DNA of 63,067 nt, filler included, from Globobulimina sp. (taxonomy: Eukaryota): the NCBI GenBank assembly GCA_003354225.1. It is 29 parts of 29 records of this genome, joined end to end, with 100 filler letters (N's around TTAATTAATTAA, not from the genome) between each part and the next. Parts side by side here need not be neighbours in the genome. Positions count along the whole stretch, not along the records: positions 34,862 to 36,939 come from PIVH01009179.1; positions 37,040 to 39,117 come from PIVH01009180.1; positions 39,218 to 41,295 come from PIVH01009181.1; positions 41,396 to 43,473 come from PIVH01009182.1; positions 43,574 to 45,651 come from PIVH01009183.1; positions 45,752 to 47,828 come from PIVH01009184.1; positions 47,929 to 50,005 come from PIVH01009185.1; 22 more parts are not named here. One strand, 5' to 3'. Below the pieces are notes generated by a model. It ran no database searches, was not told the origin of the DNA, and saw only the letters and a list, made by a program, of their open reading frames with translations. How positions within the stretch are numbered: position 1 is the first letter of the stretch; the number at the start of each line of letters is the position of its first letter. The translations under genes and the position numbers were made by a program. Shown piece by piece: positions 34,921 to 48,793 of this stretch.

Positions 34921-36024
34921 CTAAAAAGTCAAATGTTTGGTATAAAATATATTTCCATTTGTTATGTCTGTATCTTTATCATAGCTCAGATATGCATTCA
35001 CTACAAACACTTTGAAAACTTTGTGCATATTCGATTCAAAATTATTCAAACAATAATAATAAACACAGACTGTTCGCTTAATAATATCTTCCTCGCTATG
35101 TGTCGCTGAATTATTCATGAAACTGTCAAAATAATTGCATCTCTTCTGCGTTGAATGTATTTCCTGTGAACAGTACCATAAATAAATGAAAAAAAAGCCA
35201 CCAAAATACGAAGCCATTCCCCATAACAAAATGCAGCAAAACATATAAAATATATAACAAACGAAAGACTCAAAGGAGCAATGCCTGAATTCGTGGAATA
35301 TATTAGTACGTGGACTAATTTTCTTGCTCCATATTATCAGACACATTAAACCACAGAAAAATGTATAGCTTAAATAAAAAATCCAGCCGTCACTTCTGCC
35401 GAATATTAATGAGCTGAACGACCAAAAGGGAGTCAATAATAAACAAGTGCAGGATATCACTATTAATGCCAATAACACATAATATCCACAAGTCTGCAAT
35501 TTAAGCAACTGCTTATTTTCTTCATTTGAACGTTTGAATATGTTATGGTTTGAGTATGGCTTCTTGTCACTCGATTTATTGAATAAAATTAAAAATTCTT
35601 CCCGTATATTTAAGTATTTCTCCATGTCATTGTTATAATGTTCGAACTGTACAGTCCATGTCTCGTCAGATTCGTTATATGATAATATTTCTACTTCTTT
35701 TCCATTGAATTTAGGGGCGATTACAACTCCACTTATTTTGGCAAACATATTTGGTGCGATTTTGTTAATGTCATCATCATCGTCGTCTGCATCATCTAGA
35801 TTGACATAGATGTTGTTTTTTCGAGACAGTGTGGCACTGCCTGGGTGTGTCTGGTCGTAATAATAGCCAACAGATCTGAAATAAAAACAGGTCCACGTGG
35901 TGTTACAAAACAATATAAATAGAAGGAACTAGATATACTTGTCATTGTGTGAGTCATTGAGTATTCCTTCTGTTGGGGATATTGGGATTGTTAACTGCTC
36001 AGAAGGTGAAGTTGAGGCTGACAT
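34921..36024 (-). CDS. Hypothetical multi-pass membrane protein; intron 35876-35938
   Basis: In-frame splice links MSASTSPSEQ... to the long ORF; several TM segments. Confidence 0.6.
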
Positions 36025-36104
36025 GCTATGATTTCAAAAAACACAGTAATAAAAAACTTATTCTCCGTTTTAACTTTAATTTTTGAATCAAGCTAAGGCT
36101 CCAA

Positions 36105-36939
36105 ATGAGTTTAGCGCCGCTGATATATCGTAAAATATCCAATGTAGATAGTGGTTCCAATGCACTGGTGTCAAATAAACAAAACATTGAGATGCAGATT
36201 CAACTCAAAAATGATGAAATACAAAGTTACAAACAAGTTTTAAATGATATAACAAAAATATTAAATGTGAAAAGTACTGAAATAAACGAATGTTTGTGGC
36301 AATGGACAGGTGCTACAAATAAATGTAATTATGATGAGTCAATAAGTAATAAGATTGAAAATTTGGAGGTTGGAGACTCATATTCATATATCTGCACAAA
36401 TGGAGGGATACGTATAATAACAAAGGAATCAAACATGACAGCTCAAGTAACAAATACTGAGACAGGCAAAATTGAGAAATTGAAGAAATGCCCACATAAT
36501 ATTGAAAGTGATGAGAAAAATGAAGCAGTATCAATGGCGGAAAAGGTATCAAATGGATTTAATAGATTAAAATGGAATATTTCACAAACTTTTTTATCAT
36601 TAACAGGACGTTCTGATTTGAGCAATGAAGCATTGGTTAAAAAAGTTAAAGAAATAAAAGGTGAGTATGATAATTTACAACATATTATTGTTGACATGAA
36701 TGAATTGCTTAAACGAGAAAGGAAGAAATTGGGTGAATATGAGATAAATTTGAAAATTAAGGACAATGAAATCAGCACTACACAATCAACATTACTCACA
36801 ATGACACATCAATTATCAGATAAAGATAAAAGAATATTTGAACAAAATGCAGAGATTCGCAGTTTGAGGAAACAATTAAATCATAAAAATAATCAACTAA
36901 ATGAATTTGCTGAAATGGATGAGTCACAGTGTGATATTA
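36105..36939 (+). CDS. Coiled-coil protein with degenerate WWE-like domain, 3' truncated
   Basis: WQW...NYDESISNKIE; heptad-rich flanks. Confidence 0.55.
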
Positions 36940-37039
36940 NNNNNNNNNNNNNNNNNNNNNNNNNNNNNNNNNNNNNNNNNNNNTTAATTAATTAANNNNN
37001 NNNNNNNNNNNNNNNNNNNNNNNNNNNNNNNNNNNNNNN

Positions 37040-38478
37040 TTAGTCCCATTACCATCAGACTCCATGGGTTGGATGATGTATCATAGTTAGATCCGACCGC
37101 ATAATATTCTTCGCATTCCCATTGTAAATCCTCACCAATTGTCACAGGATTAAAATCACAAACGCCCCAATTTGATACGACATTAGCAGGATTTACTTTG
37201 AGATTAATTGCTCCAGATTCAGATTGGTGCCGAACTTGCTTTTCATTCATTTCATTCATTAATTTGAGAGCTCTTTTCATATTTGAGAATGGAAATCGTT
37301 TATGCACAAAAGATGAGTTTTGAAATAATTTTTCATTCATTTGTGCTGACATTTCTGATATTTGTTTCCACCACTTTGGTTCATTCAACTTATTTGAAGT
37401 CAGGCCTGCAATACACACATAATGACTGAAATGATTTCCCGTCACTTTCTGTTTGATATTATAATATTCTCTAAGATCAACTGCAATATAGATCCCTGTC
37501 TGATTAACATTTCCATCTGATCGAACGCCCAAAATATCAGATATTGCCATGAAAGTAATGATTGATAACATACACGTTATTCTTGCTTTCTTCTGTTTGC
37601 ATTCCTGCCGAATCACTTTGAACTTGTGTACGTCCATCGAAAATAATATACATTTGTTTGGTTTGTGTGTAATCCACGCATTTTTATTGCGAATAGGGAA
37701 TGTCACAAATTTGTTTCCGTTTTGTAATTCACCATGGGAGAAACATTCTCATCAAATTGTACCTTTTGAATACTGTGGTTGGGTTCATTTTGTTTTCTAA
37801 TTTCAATCCTATTTTGCTCTTGAGATGTTTTTCATCCAAACATTCACTGATCATCGCAAATTTTATCTGTCGTTTGGATATTTGAATCTGATTGAGTGAT
37901 CTCATAAAATCACCAAAAATGTATTTGCATGACCCACCATCCAAAATGACATGATCGAAACAAAATAACAAATAATCGTTGTGGGCAATAACCAATTTAT
38001 ACAATGGACGGATCTCATTTGGGCACTGTATTTCATTCAAATATCGATATTTAATTTTTTCACAGTGTTTCTCATTCACAATTTCTTGAATGCTCTTCCC
38101 TTCATATTTGCTCATTTCGTATTCAATTCTGAATGGTTTCACTCCTGTATAGAATACATTGGGCACATCCATTTCTTCGTTGATAAACACTTGCAACTGT
38201 AAAGATTCATATTTGTTGTGCAATTCATTCCAAATTGTTTGTAAATTCTCTTTGTTATACTGTGCGATGTTGTTGATTTTCAGCACTGTTATCATATTTC
38301 CACGCATCAGCACATGTGACCATTCAGAACAGTCATCGAATAATTTCAATTCATTTGCTATTTCAGTGTTAATTACATTTGTCGCCTTGGCCTCTGAATA
38401 ATTGTTTTGTTTTTTATTTAATATTCTGAATATAATAGATGCGATAATACATGTGATGAAAATGGTAAAATATTCCAT
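37040..38478 (-). CDS. CoA-dependent acyltransferase (condensation / alcohol acetyltransferase fold) with a 1-nt frameshift near 37737
   Basis: N-terminal TM; DHVILDGGS (HxxxDG); AVDLREY and VSNWG in the downstream frame. Confidence 0.75.
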
Positions 38479-40088
38479 TTTGATGTCAAGTATGATTACT
38501 GAAATAAACGCAGAAATTTTGTATCTTTGTTTTGTGTGCACGTTGCTTTTTTTTCGATTCAATTGACTAATTAATGCTATATATAACTTCTCATAATTCC
38601 GAAGATTGGTAGCTGCGAGCCAGTGCGATCGAGGACTGAATGAGTGTTGTGAGATTGAATTTAACCAAGCGGTATTGTCACTATTTTAAGAAACTACGTA
38701 CTGAGGCAATTGTAATACCGTAGAACGTATAATTTTCGAATGTATTTATCGTGCATCTATTTTTCGTGCTTTTGGTGCACAGAACTTGTGCGTGCTTGAT
38801 TGGATTTCGTGCTTTCCTTTGTCGGAAATTCATTTTGATCGGACATCGAAAATATTCATTACAAAAAGCGACAGAATTTATCAATTACAAACAGTGGAGT
38901 CGTTAATAAGGGAAATAGAAGGAATGAAAGTGTCCCACGTAATAAACACACAGATTCCCATAGCAGATTCAACAGACATTCCCAAAATAATATGCATCAA
39001 ATCATGAAAAAACATTCAAAAAATGACTCACTCCCGTTCGAAACATACATACACTGAATACCAAACGACACATGGCATGACACACTCACTCAATGAAATG
39101 ACAGACGACTGAGTATANNNNNNNNNNNNNNNNNNNNNNNNNNNNNNNNNNNNNNNNNNNNTTAATTAATTAANNNNNNNNNNNNNNNNNNNNNNNNNNN
39201 NNNNNNNNNNNNNNNNNAAATCTGTACAGTCACTAAATTCCGATACTTTATCATCAGATTCAGAGGTATTGCAATATTGAATGGCAAATGTAGTCATCAC
39301 AATAAATGCTAAAGAATAATTCATTTGTATTTGTTGTACTTGCTTGTAAGATGAATTTGTTTAGTTTAAAGTTGTGCGATTGTGCGAACTATGGAACACG
39401 TTAATGATTATCTGATCTGACTCGAGTAAAAAAACATTTTATTTCCGCTGAGGGCATGGCTTCATGAAACTTTTAAATTGATGTTATTTTAGACATTTTC
39501 TTAATTGATATTTTGCATAATATATTATTATATGATCTTACATGATCCCTTGAGAGGTCCACCATTTAATAAATATATTATCCTAAGTCATATGTATGAT
39601 TAGGATCATAATCGCAAGCAATTCCTGTGTCGAGTTCCAATACAAAATATGTTTCTTCAATAAATGATACACATATTAATATAAGCTCGTTTGGTATTAG
39701 TGTTGAGGTGGAATGTTTTAATAAACCAACAAAGTGCTGACATATTGCAATGACTGAGTCGCTGGTTCCATGATGAATATAAAAAAACTTGAGTTCCCAA
39801 AGTAAACGATATATTCCAAAAGATACCACTCCACATCAACTGATATTTTATACCTTAATAAACTTAATTTAAAATGAACAGAAGACAAAGAAATAATACG
39901 TTATTATATTATAACTCCACGCAAAGGGAAAAGAAAAGAGTCAGTCACAGACACAACAAAACAAAACAGGTCTGACCCTGTGCAAAAAATACAAAAACAA
40001 AATAGCAAACAACGTCAGTATAATATGGTAAATAGTTATTAAAAAGCAAGTTATTAAAATGCATTCATAAAAACAACAGTTCGAAATG

Positions 40089-41295
40089 CTAGATATCACT
40101 TAATTTTCTCGGTTTCGGTACCATGGCATCCATTTCACCATCATTTTCCTCCACAATATACTCCAATGAGTCCTCATGCAAATCATCCAAATGTGCATAT
40201 CCAGCCAACGGCTGTTGGTTCTCATCCTCATCGCCATACATTGTAGGTATGAGCCCATCGTCCTCATCCTCATCATCAGGAAGTGGAGACTCTGCATTAT
40301 TAATCGGCATCGACCGCACTGACCCGTCATCAGACAGAGCAGGCTTAAATACTTGCAACTGCTGAACATAGCCACTCAAAGTATTGATTTTATCCAACAA
40401 CTCCTCATTCATATTTTGTATGCGCTCATTGGAATGATTGGACGGTTCGGGCGACAATGACCGCTCAATCGACTGCAGAGTGTCAATAAATGCCATGGCA
40501 ATCAACTCGTCGCCTTGATCAGTGCAATGGATATCATTCGTGTAACTGAACTTATTCCGATACATCTTGTCATGCGCCGGTCGAATACGTGAGATCCCCG
40601 TCACTGAGCCAGACAAATCAGAAAATCCAGCATTGTCGCGTTCCAATTCCAAATCAGTCATTCGCACATTCAGTGCCATGCGAGCTTGTTTGTACGCTTC
40701 CTTCCTGCAATAAATTGGCGTGGGCACTGCACGCGACTTTGCCTTGCCTTTTTTCGCTTTTTTTGGCGTACAATCATCCTTTGAACGCACCCCAGGCAGC
40801 CAACGCATGACATTGATATGTGCCACACCGATACCATACATTTTCTTCAATGTCAATTTGATTTTTTTATAGCGCTGATTCAATTTATCTTCGTCCAGCA
40901 ACGATAACCTTTTGGTTGGCGGCAATGATAAAGTCTTATCCCGCACGTAACAAATATCCTGAACCAATGGCAAATGGTGCGAGTAATTGAACTCTGCAGC
41001 AGCAAAGGACCGAAAATCGACAATTTCCAAATCTAAATCGAAAATGGAGTGTAGAAATTTATTTTGATGTCCCCATTGTCCGCGGCCATTGCCGTGGATA
41101 CGGAAATACACAGAGTGGATAGCTATGGCTTGAGCTCTCGTGTCTGTTAATAGCTTTTCCGTTGCTTTGCGTTTTAACCGCAAGGTTATGCGCAACAACA
41201 ATGGAGAGATCGTAATCGACATCAAAGCTGCCATGGTCACCGAGGAAAAGGAGTCTTTATCCATTCTCCCGGCAGCGTAGGACGACGTAGCTAAG
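40089..41295 (-). CDS. C-terminal part of a cation/H+ antiporter-like protein with ACT-like region and acidic tail
   Basis: Last TM FSSVTMAALMSITISPLLLR; LDLEIVDFRS; family assignment tentative. Confidence 0.5.
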
Positions 41296-41395
41296 NNNNN
41301 NNNNNNNNNNNNNNNNNNNNNNNNNNNNNNNNNNNNNNNTTAATTAATTAANNNNNNNNNNNNNNNNNNNNNNNNNNNNNNNNNNNNNNNNNNNN

Positions 41396-42338
41396 AGTAT
41401 TGCTGCCAAATGTGGTATTAATGGGGCTTAAAAATGCTCCTATTTATTGTCACAAAATAGCATCGGACTTATTTTATGGAATCGCGTACGCGATACAGGA
41501 TGACCTACATCAAGGCATTGTAGCCGATACTATGGAATTGGCCAAACGCGAAGCATTACGGCAATACGAGATATTAATAGATCGTGCATTGGAATGTAAC
41601 ATCAAATTACACGCAAAAAAGACTAAAATAGGATTTACAAATTATATTCGTGTAAATAAGCAGATCACATCAAGCGGCGCTCAGGTGATGAAAAAGCATA
41701 CCACCAACGCTTTAGAGATGGATTATGATAAATTATCAACAAAGACAGATTTTCAAGTATTTGAAGGAATGGCACAATACATTGCACCGCACGTACACAA
41801 TTTAGCTGAATGCCTATATTTATTAAGAGAGGAAATGATAAAACCAGCTGCATTGCCTCCAGATACAGAGAATGGAAGGAAATTGACGATAAAACAAAAG
41901 AACTTACGGACCAGATTGGTCAAATCGGATGAAAGCAGGAAGATATTTCGTCGAATTCAAGATAAAATAAAAAATGCGCTATTATTGCATCACCCGGACA
42001 TGAAAATAAACTCAAAGCACAGATTCTTATTAGAAGTCGACACCTCGTTAATTACAACGGGAGCCTTAGTATATCAACAACGTATAACCGAGCCTCCATT
42101 TAGTTTATCAGAGGATAAGTCCGAGAGAGAAACGCAATTAAAAACTAAATATGATTTAATTGCATTATATTCAAAGCAATTAACTGATCAACAGACGCGT
42201 TATGGAGCAACGAGGAGAGAATTGCTTGGACTACGTGAAGCATTAAAGAAATTTAAGAAATATTTAGGTATAAAAGCGTTCGATGTTATTGGCGACTGTG
42301 AGCCATTGGTAGCTCCAATAACTTATGTCCTTGTTTAG
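41396..42338 (+). mobile_element. Ty3/gypsy-like pol fragment: RT and RNase H
   Basis: LMGLKNAP, IQDD, LEVDTS, QTRYGATRRELLGL, FDVIGDCEPL. Confidence 0.9.
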
Positions 42339-42339
42339 T

Positions 42340-42445
42340 TGAAGAAGAAGAGGGAAGTAAGTTTTTGTAATTAATTAATTAAAGAACTCAGTCGAAGTGA
42401 CGTCAGTTTACAATGTAATATAGGATTATATTACATTCCTCCTTT
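42340..42445 (-). mobile_element. Polypurine tract (42445-42436) and start of the 3' LTR (TGT at 42435)
   Basis: Minus strand AAAGGAGGAA-TGTAATATAATCCTATATTACA downstream of the integrase. Confidence 0.65.
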
Positions 42446-42660
42446 GCAAAGAAAGCTCTTTAACAAATTGGATTTGTGTATCATAATTTTCGCAAACTGT
42501 CACAACAAAAATAAACAAACATAACCAATAACAAATATGTATAAGATAAAATATGTATACATATAAAATATATAAAATAATAATAACTGTTTGTGATTGA
42601 CTGAAATAATGTATACTTTATAAACAATACATAAAATTCAGTAAATAAAAATAAATAATG

Positions 42661-43473
42661 CTAATTTTCCTCTTTCTTCAGAAGCTCCTTCAAATCTGAT
42701 TCCTCTTTATTATTATTGTCCAAATTATCGATACGAATCAGTTTACTGTCTAACATATTACCTGGATCTTCAAATAGTGGTTTATAGAAATACCTTAAAT
42801 GTCCATGACTTACGCGATGGGATTTGTTCGCGTCGAATACATTCTTAATAATATATCTCTTTCCTGGTTCAATAATTTCACTAACATACCAGCCATAGAA
42901 TTCATTGAGCGAATACTTATTAACAACTTCGTCGGTTGGTTGCCAAACGACATAGTCATATATATTAAATCCGATGTTCTTGATTTGATTATATGCCAAT
43001 TGCTGATCTTTTTCATGTCTTATTCTTTGTCTTGTTGCCTTATCAATGATTAATTTGTGCGTATTCCTCGCCCATTTCCTGAATCGTTTATAATCGATAT
43101 TTCCTTTAATCATAAAATCGTTCGCATTTAATCTCGAGAATTCCTTTAATCTTAAATTCATTTCCAAGCAATTTGTATAAAATGGAAAGAATAATCTTAA
43201 TTCATTCGGGGAATATCCCGTATGCTTCTTTTTAATGCAATTCTGGCTGAATTGTATCGACGGTAAATAGTTTTTATAATTTGTATATTTTTTATCTCGG
43301 GATAATGCATGCAATTTATCATAAAGCGTTGCTACTCCATAATGATCATAATTGTATTTATTTATTCCAATGCCTTTGCTTAAAAACTTCATCTGAGTCT
43401 CGGCGGGATTTGCCCATGGTCCATACTCCATAATTTTGCCTACTCTGATACCAATAATATAACTCCATAAACG
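42661..43473 (-). mobile_element. LTR retrotransposon integrase, C-terminal part
   Basis: YGPWANPAE; YLPSIQFSQN....HTGYSPNEL; VSHGHLRYF. Confidence 0.75.
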
Positions 43474-43573
43474 NNNNNNNNNNNNNNNNNNNNNNNNNNN
43501 NNNNNNNNNNNNNNNNNTTAATTAATTAANNNNNNNNNNNNNNNNNNNNNNNNNNNNNNNNNNNNNNNNNNNN

Positions 43574-45590
43574 GGAATCGACTCATTTGTTATATAAAAT
43601 TCGCCATATTTCTCCTCATATAATTCTATAAATTCTTCGTCTCTTTGCGCTGAATTATTTAATAATGCATACGCTGCTTTTTTAGTGTTTTCCAACTCCT
43701 TTCCCTCAAATTCTTCTTTTCCTTTTTCTTCTTCTTCTTCCACATTTTGCGTATAATAATTATGCTCAATATACCATTTACAATCATTGCCGTTATTATC
43801 GCAGATATCTATATCCGCGCCATATTTCAAAATGGTTTGAATCAAAGAAACATGCAACATTTGACAGGCATACATTAATATTGTTATTCCGTTTTCTTTT
43901 CTTTGTTGATTTAAAGAGCTGTACAATTTATTAAGACAAATATCTGCGATGTTACATATATTATCACTGATATCAGTTCCATGTGTTTTCGTTTTACAAA
44001 CCAAATGCAAAAAAGGCATATTGTCCGAATATGTGCTATAAACCTGTTTGGAGGCATGCTTATGCGCTAATAATTCATTCACAGTCTCCCAAAGTTCAAA
44101 TTTTAAGGCCCAGAATAAAAAACATTTGGCACTGTTGTTATCCACATTAAATTTAAAGTTTTTAACGTGATGCAATGACAATAAGATGTCAGCAAATACT
44201 TGTTTGCTTATATTGGTATCATATAAATCTTTATAATGTAAATATAAATGTGATAATGTTTTATCATTTAAGCTGTATGTCAATATACCATGAAATGGCA
44301 CTAAATCGCCCAAATCCGCTGCTCGTAATATCGTATATTTTAATAACTGAGATTGTACCAAAACATTTAATTTGCGGATCTCAAATTTACTTTCAATCAA
44401 CTTAATAATTCGTAAAAATGTTAACTTATTTCCATTTTTATTCTTATGCTTATGCTTAAAATTCTTAGTCTGGCACCAATATAATAAGCCAGATTCCACT
44501 CCTTTTATGTCATTGCAATCGCTCATTTTATCAAATAATAATTTAATTAATTCGATGTCATTAAACCGCATAATCGAGGCAAAGAATTTCGATTTGGTGT
44601 AATAAGATATTTTGGTAAAATCCCACGCGTAACATTCCAATAACAATATTAAATATTTTGGAGGAATACGAAAAATATTCTCTTCAATCGCATTCAATAA
44701 ATGTTGCAAAACCCATTCATTGCCGTGGTAGAATTTGTTTTTAAACACAATTAATTGCAAAAAAGTGGGGAAGTCTTTGTTGGCAATGATGCAATGTGGG
44801 TCACGCGGGTTGGTCGCAGCATCTTTGTCGTCGCGGATCAATTCGCCACCACGCACACAGCCAAAATATAGCCACGGATTAATAAGACTCAATACACATA
44901 AATAGATATACAACGCAAAGACATTCGTTTGGGAAAAATCGGACTTTCGCTGTTCAAATGGGTCCGAAACTGGGATAGAAACACCAGAAAAACTCACGGC
45001 AATGAAAACTATTATTAATAACAAGTAATTTGTAATAAATCTATAATAAGAAAAGCGTGCACTGAATTTTTTAGCTTGCGGCGAGGTATAATTTATAACA
45101 ATGCCTAATAAGCCGGATAATAATTGATAGCGGCCGATTTTCCTGGCTTTGCTGTATAAAATGAGAAATTCAATCAAGAGATAAGCGGCTAAGTATACGC
45201 CACCAATGGCGATCCAGATGAAGATTAATATGAATATTCGAAATTGGAAATCGAAACAGCGGAAAAGTATGCGATATACATATTCAATTCGAAAGGCGTC
45301 GCATTCACAGCAATAACCAGTCATAACATTGTCTAATTTGCAGAGACATTGATAAGACCAGTCACTCCAATGCGATAATTGCAATTTATGGGCCTCGACG
45401 TAATATATGATGCGGTCGTTGGTGCAGATGGAATATGTGCATAATATGAAGGAAATGACGGCGGAGCATAACAGGACAGGATGTTCGGCATAGCCTTGAG
45501 TTAAGGTCATGATTCCCATCGATATCAACATGATAGGAAATGATTGCAGACAGCACGAACAATATACGATCCACACTTGGACGGAATCGA
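43574..45590 (-). CDS. Divergent XK-like membrane domain fused to C-terminal ankyrin repeats
   Basis: LQSFPIMLI and YRILFRCFDFQFRIFILIFIW; GITILMYAC...LKYGADIDICDNNG. Confidence 0.65.
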
Positions 45591-45751
45591 TGGATTTGCG
45601 CGAAAATATATAATTTAATTCGAGATTTTTTATTAATAATAAGTCGGTTAANNNNNNNNNNNNNNNNNNNNNNNNNNNNNNNNNNNNNNNNNNNNTTAAT
45701 TAATTAANNNNNNNNNNNNNNNNNNNNNNNNNNNNNNNNNNNNNNNNNNNN

Positions 45752-46349
45752 AAGTAACTTGTTCATCATTATCATCGTCATCATCATCTGAAGAAGAGGT
45801 GGATACTAAGTCAACCACCTCCTCATCATATGCATTTAATCGTATTTCGTTATATTTTCTCTTTCTAGTTTTCCTTTTCCGACTTTGTATTTTATTGTTA
45901 GTATTTTCCATTGATTTATTATCATATTCGTCTTCATCTTCATCCTCTTCCTCATCTTCAACATTGTACTCTGGATCCGAATGTTTTTCATTATTATTAG
46001 TATTATCATCATCATCATCATTATTTTGTTCAAGACATATTTTTTTATTATTATTATTAGAAATATCTTGGATTGGAACTAATAAAATTGATGATGATGC
46101 ATTTTGAGCTGATGCTATCTTTGAAAGTGATATGAATCTCCATTTTTTATTAAAATCATTACATGAAATTGATGTTATTATCATGGTTGTATTCACAATG
46201 TTAACTGAGAACACTGTATTGCAGTGTTGCTGCTTTTTATTTTCTATGCATGATACTGAACATATCTCCCATGCTTTAGTTTCCTCATTAAGCCTCTCTA
46301 TCAACAATTCATTTTTTAAACCGCTGCATTGAACACAATTAGTTTCCAT
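45752..46349 (-). CDS. Hypothetical protein with acidic tracts, basic NLS-like patch and SIM-like VVDLVS
   Basis: ORF and composition. Confidence 0.55.
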
Positions 46350-46404
46350 TGTGAGTTAGTTCCAACAATACTTTCATTTACTTTGCAAAAAACCTCCTAA
46401 CGCA

Positions 46405-47828
46405 ATGTTTCCACTTTCTCCTTTTTTGTTACTCATAGCCAAGGTGGCATTAAGTGATTATCAAGATTGTGGCTATCATTTTAATGATAACAACGTCACC
46501 TTTGATTTGTCAGAATTAACATTAACAGAGCAATCCTCTCGAAATTATTACAATGTTACATCTGGTGACTATCACTATTTATTTAATTTTTGTGCAGATG
46601 TAATGTCTCCGCCTTCCGAATGTGTATTCAATGATAAAACTGCAAACGATAATGTCTGGATAGATGGATGGCTTGTTACAAGACCAGATAATATGTCATC
46701 AAATGTATTCCAATATACTGAAAATTATTGCTTTCGTTTAGCAGGTTCATCAAACGAAGCAGATGTATATAACTCATCGCGTAACACATTTATTGATTAT
46801 CGGTTGATTGATCGTAATGATCCTTCATTTGGTTTTATAATCCATTATTATTATGGTGATTACTGTAATTATTGGGGTACAAATAGAGAAATAAATATAG
46901 CCTTTGTTTGCGATCCTAACATAGATAATATTCCGGATAAAGGCGAGAAAGTAACTGAACCGCAGACCTGTGTCTATGAAATCGAAGTGAAGAGTATTTA
47001 CGGATGTCCTCTACAATGCGGTACATTTCTGTATACCTTTAATTATAAAAATATATATAACATCATTAACATAACTGTGTCAGGTCGTGATAGCAGCGGT
47101 AATTTGTGTTCCGATCGGGGTGTTTGTGGTTATGATTGGGATATTAATACAGCGCGATGTTATTGTTTTGCTGGCTTTGAAGGACATTATTGCAATGAGA
47201 CAGCACCATTTCATGGTGATCTATCTTGGTACGAAGCAGTTGAAGTTAATTATACTTCAAGTTACCTCTATTCATTTGAGACTATTTATGGCTACAATGT
47301 CACTTATGATTTGCAATATATTGTTGATGGATATTTGCTTGATTCGTATTATCAATTAAATGATATAAATACAACACACTCTTATTTTCTAAATATATTT
47401 GATTCCTTGAATCCAGTCATTGGTTCTGATTCCTTATCCATTTGCACCCAAAACGATGCATCATATGATTATGGCTATATATTTCAAACAGTGGCAAATG
47501 CTCCGGGTGCTCCATGTTATTCGTTAGGGAGAAACCCACCAACAATCGAATTATATGACGAAACACTTCCAACTAAAGGTATAAAAATATCATACGTAAA
47601 CGGCGACAATTCATCCCTGACCAGCTGTGCTGATGGTAGACAAGCAAATGTTTATTTTATTTGTCCAGATAGTGACCAACATGAACGGATCGATACAATG
47701 AATGGTTTAAATGATGTATTTAATAATTTTAAATTCAAGCCGGATGAAACCGGCTGTGTTTTTGATATCGAGATCTTTACTGTTACAGGTATTATATTAA
47801 TTTGTTTTACCTTCATACTCTCTGTTAA
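46405..47828 (+). CDS. Secreted/type I protein with MRH (M6P-receptor/ATG27-like), EGF and second MRH domain; probable in-frame intron ~47021-47084
   Basis: FDLSEL, YLFNFC, Y.YGDYC, FVCD, CVYEIEVKSIYGCP; CSDRGVC...CYCFAGFEGHYC. Confidence 0.8.
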
Positions 47829-47928
47829 NNNNNNNNNNNNNNNNNNNNNNNNNNNNNNNNNNNNNNNNNNNNTTAATTAATTAANNNNNNNNNNNNNNNN
47901 NNNNNNNNNNNNNNNNNNNNNNNNNNNN

Positions 47929-48690
47929 TTATCAACAACAATGAAAATTGGACAGATTAGAATTGTTTCGGAAGATAAAATATGTGAATCTTATTTGTTG
48001 AAACATCAAATAGAAAGTCAGTATATGGCTATAACGATGAAAGGATTACGTATTAATTGTAAGGATCCGAAAATTGCTCATTTTGACAAAAAATTCTGGC
48101 AATGGTATGGAGGGCTATATATACGATGGAAAAATGACTATGAGAGTGCATATGAGAAATATCAAATACATCCTGGAGATGCTGAGAGGAAGGAATGCTT
48201 CATAGAAGCCATGTGGTTGTTTGCTGCTGTTATAGTTGTCTTCATTTTAGGTCCGGTGTATTTATTGAGCAGATTTGTAACATTATTATTTCCTGCATTT
48301 ATTGTGTTATATCTGTACTTCAGTTATGATGTAAACATATGGAATACACAGTATATTGATCCATTTTTGGTGGTAATGATGAGTATATATCTCGTGTTAT
48401 GTATTATTTTGTCAATATTGTTTTATTGGAATTGTTGTGAGCAATATTGGATGGCCCATATATTACCATCACACGACTCGTTACCACGGATTAGCAAAGC
48501 AACAGATATCGATAGGTATATTGATGAGATAACGAGTCATTACTATTGTATTAGAGTGGCACCAATCAGAAAAGCGATAGTAATTGAGACATTTGGGCCG
48601 GATTTGGCTGCAGTTATCTTATCTTATTTACCATTATATGATAGCTATGAAAATGCAAATAGACATGTGACACGACTAAAGACTGTTTAA
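47929..48690 (+). CDS. C-terminal part of a membrane protein paralogous to the XK-like gene at 9099-10799
   Basis: Shared P.YLLSR.V.LL.P, HI.P and APIR....I..FG.D....I motifs. Confidence 0.75.
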   Translation, partial: LSTTMKIGQIRIVSEDKICESYLLKHQIESQYMAITMKGLRINCKDPKIAHFDKKFWQWYGGLYIRWKNDYESAYEKYQIHPGDAERKECFIEAMWLFAAVIVVFILGPVYLLSRFVTLLFPAFIVLYLYFSYDVNIWNTQYIDPFLVVMMSIYLVLCIILSILFYWNCCEQYWMAHILPSHDSLPRISKATDIDRYIDEITSHYYCIRVAPIRKAIVIETFGPDLAAVILSYLPLYDSYENANRHVTRLKTV

Positions 48691-48793
48691 TTTTGAGTTT
48701 CACAAAATTTAATCAGAGCGCAAGTCCAAGTCATCGAATTTTTGTAAGCGACCAGATTAGCTCCACAACGTTTTTGACCAACTTGTAATATTA

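Noticed and set aside
38786-39007. Short ORF upstream of the acyltransferase
   Set aside because: No ATG start and no recognisable motif.
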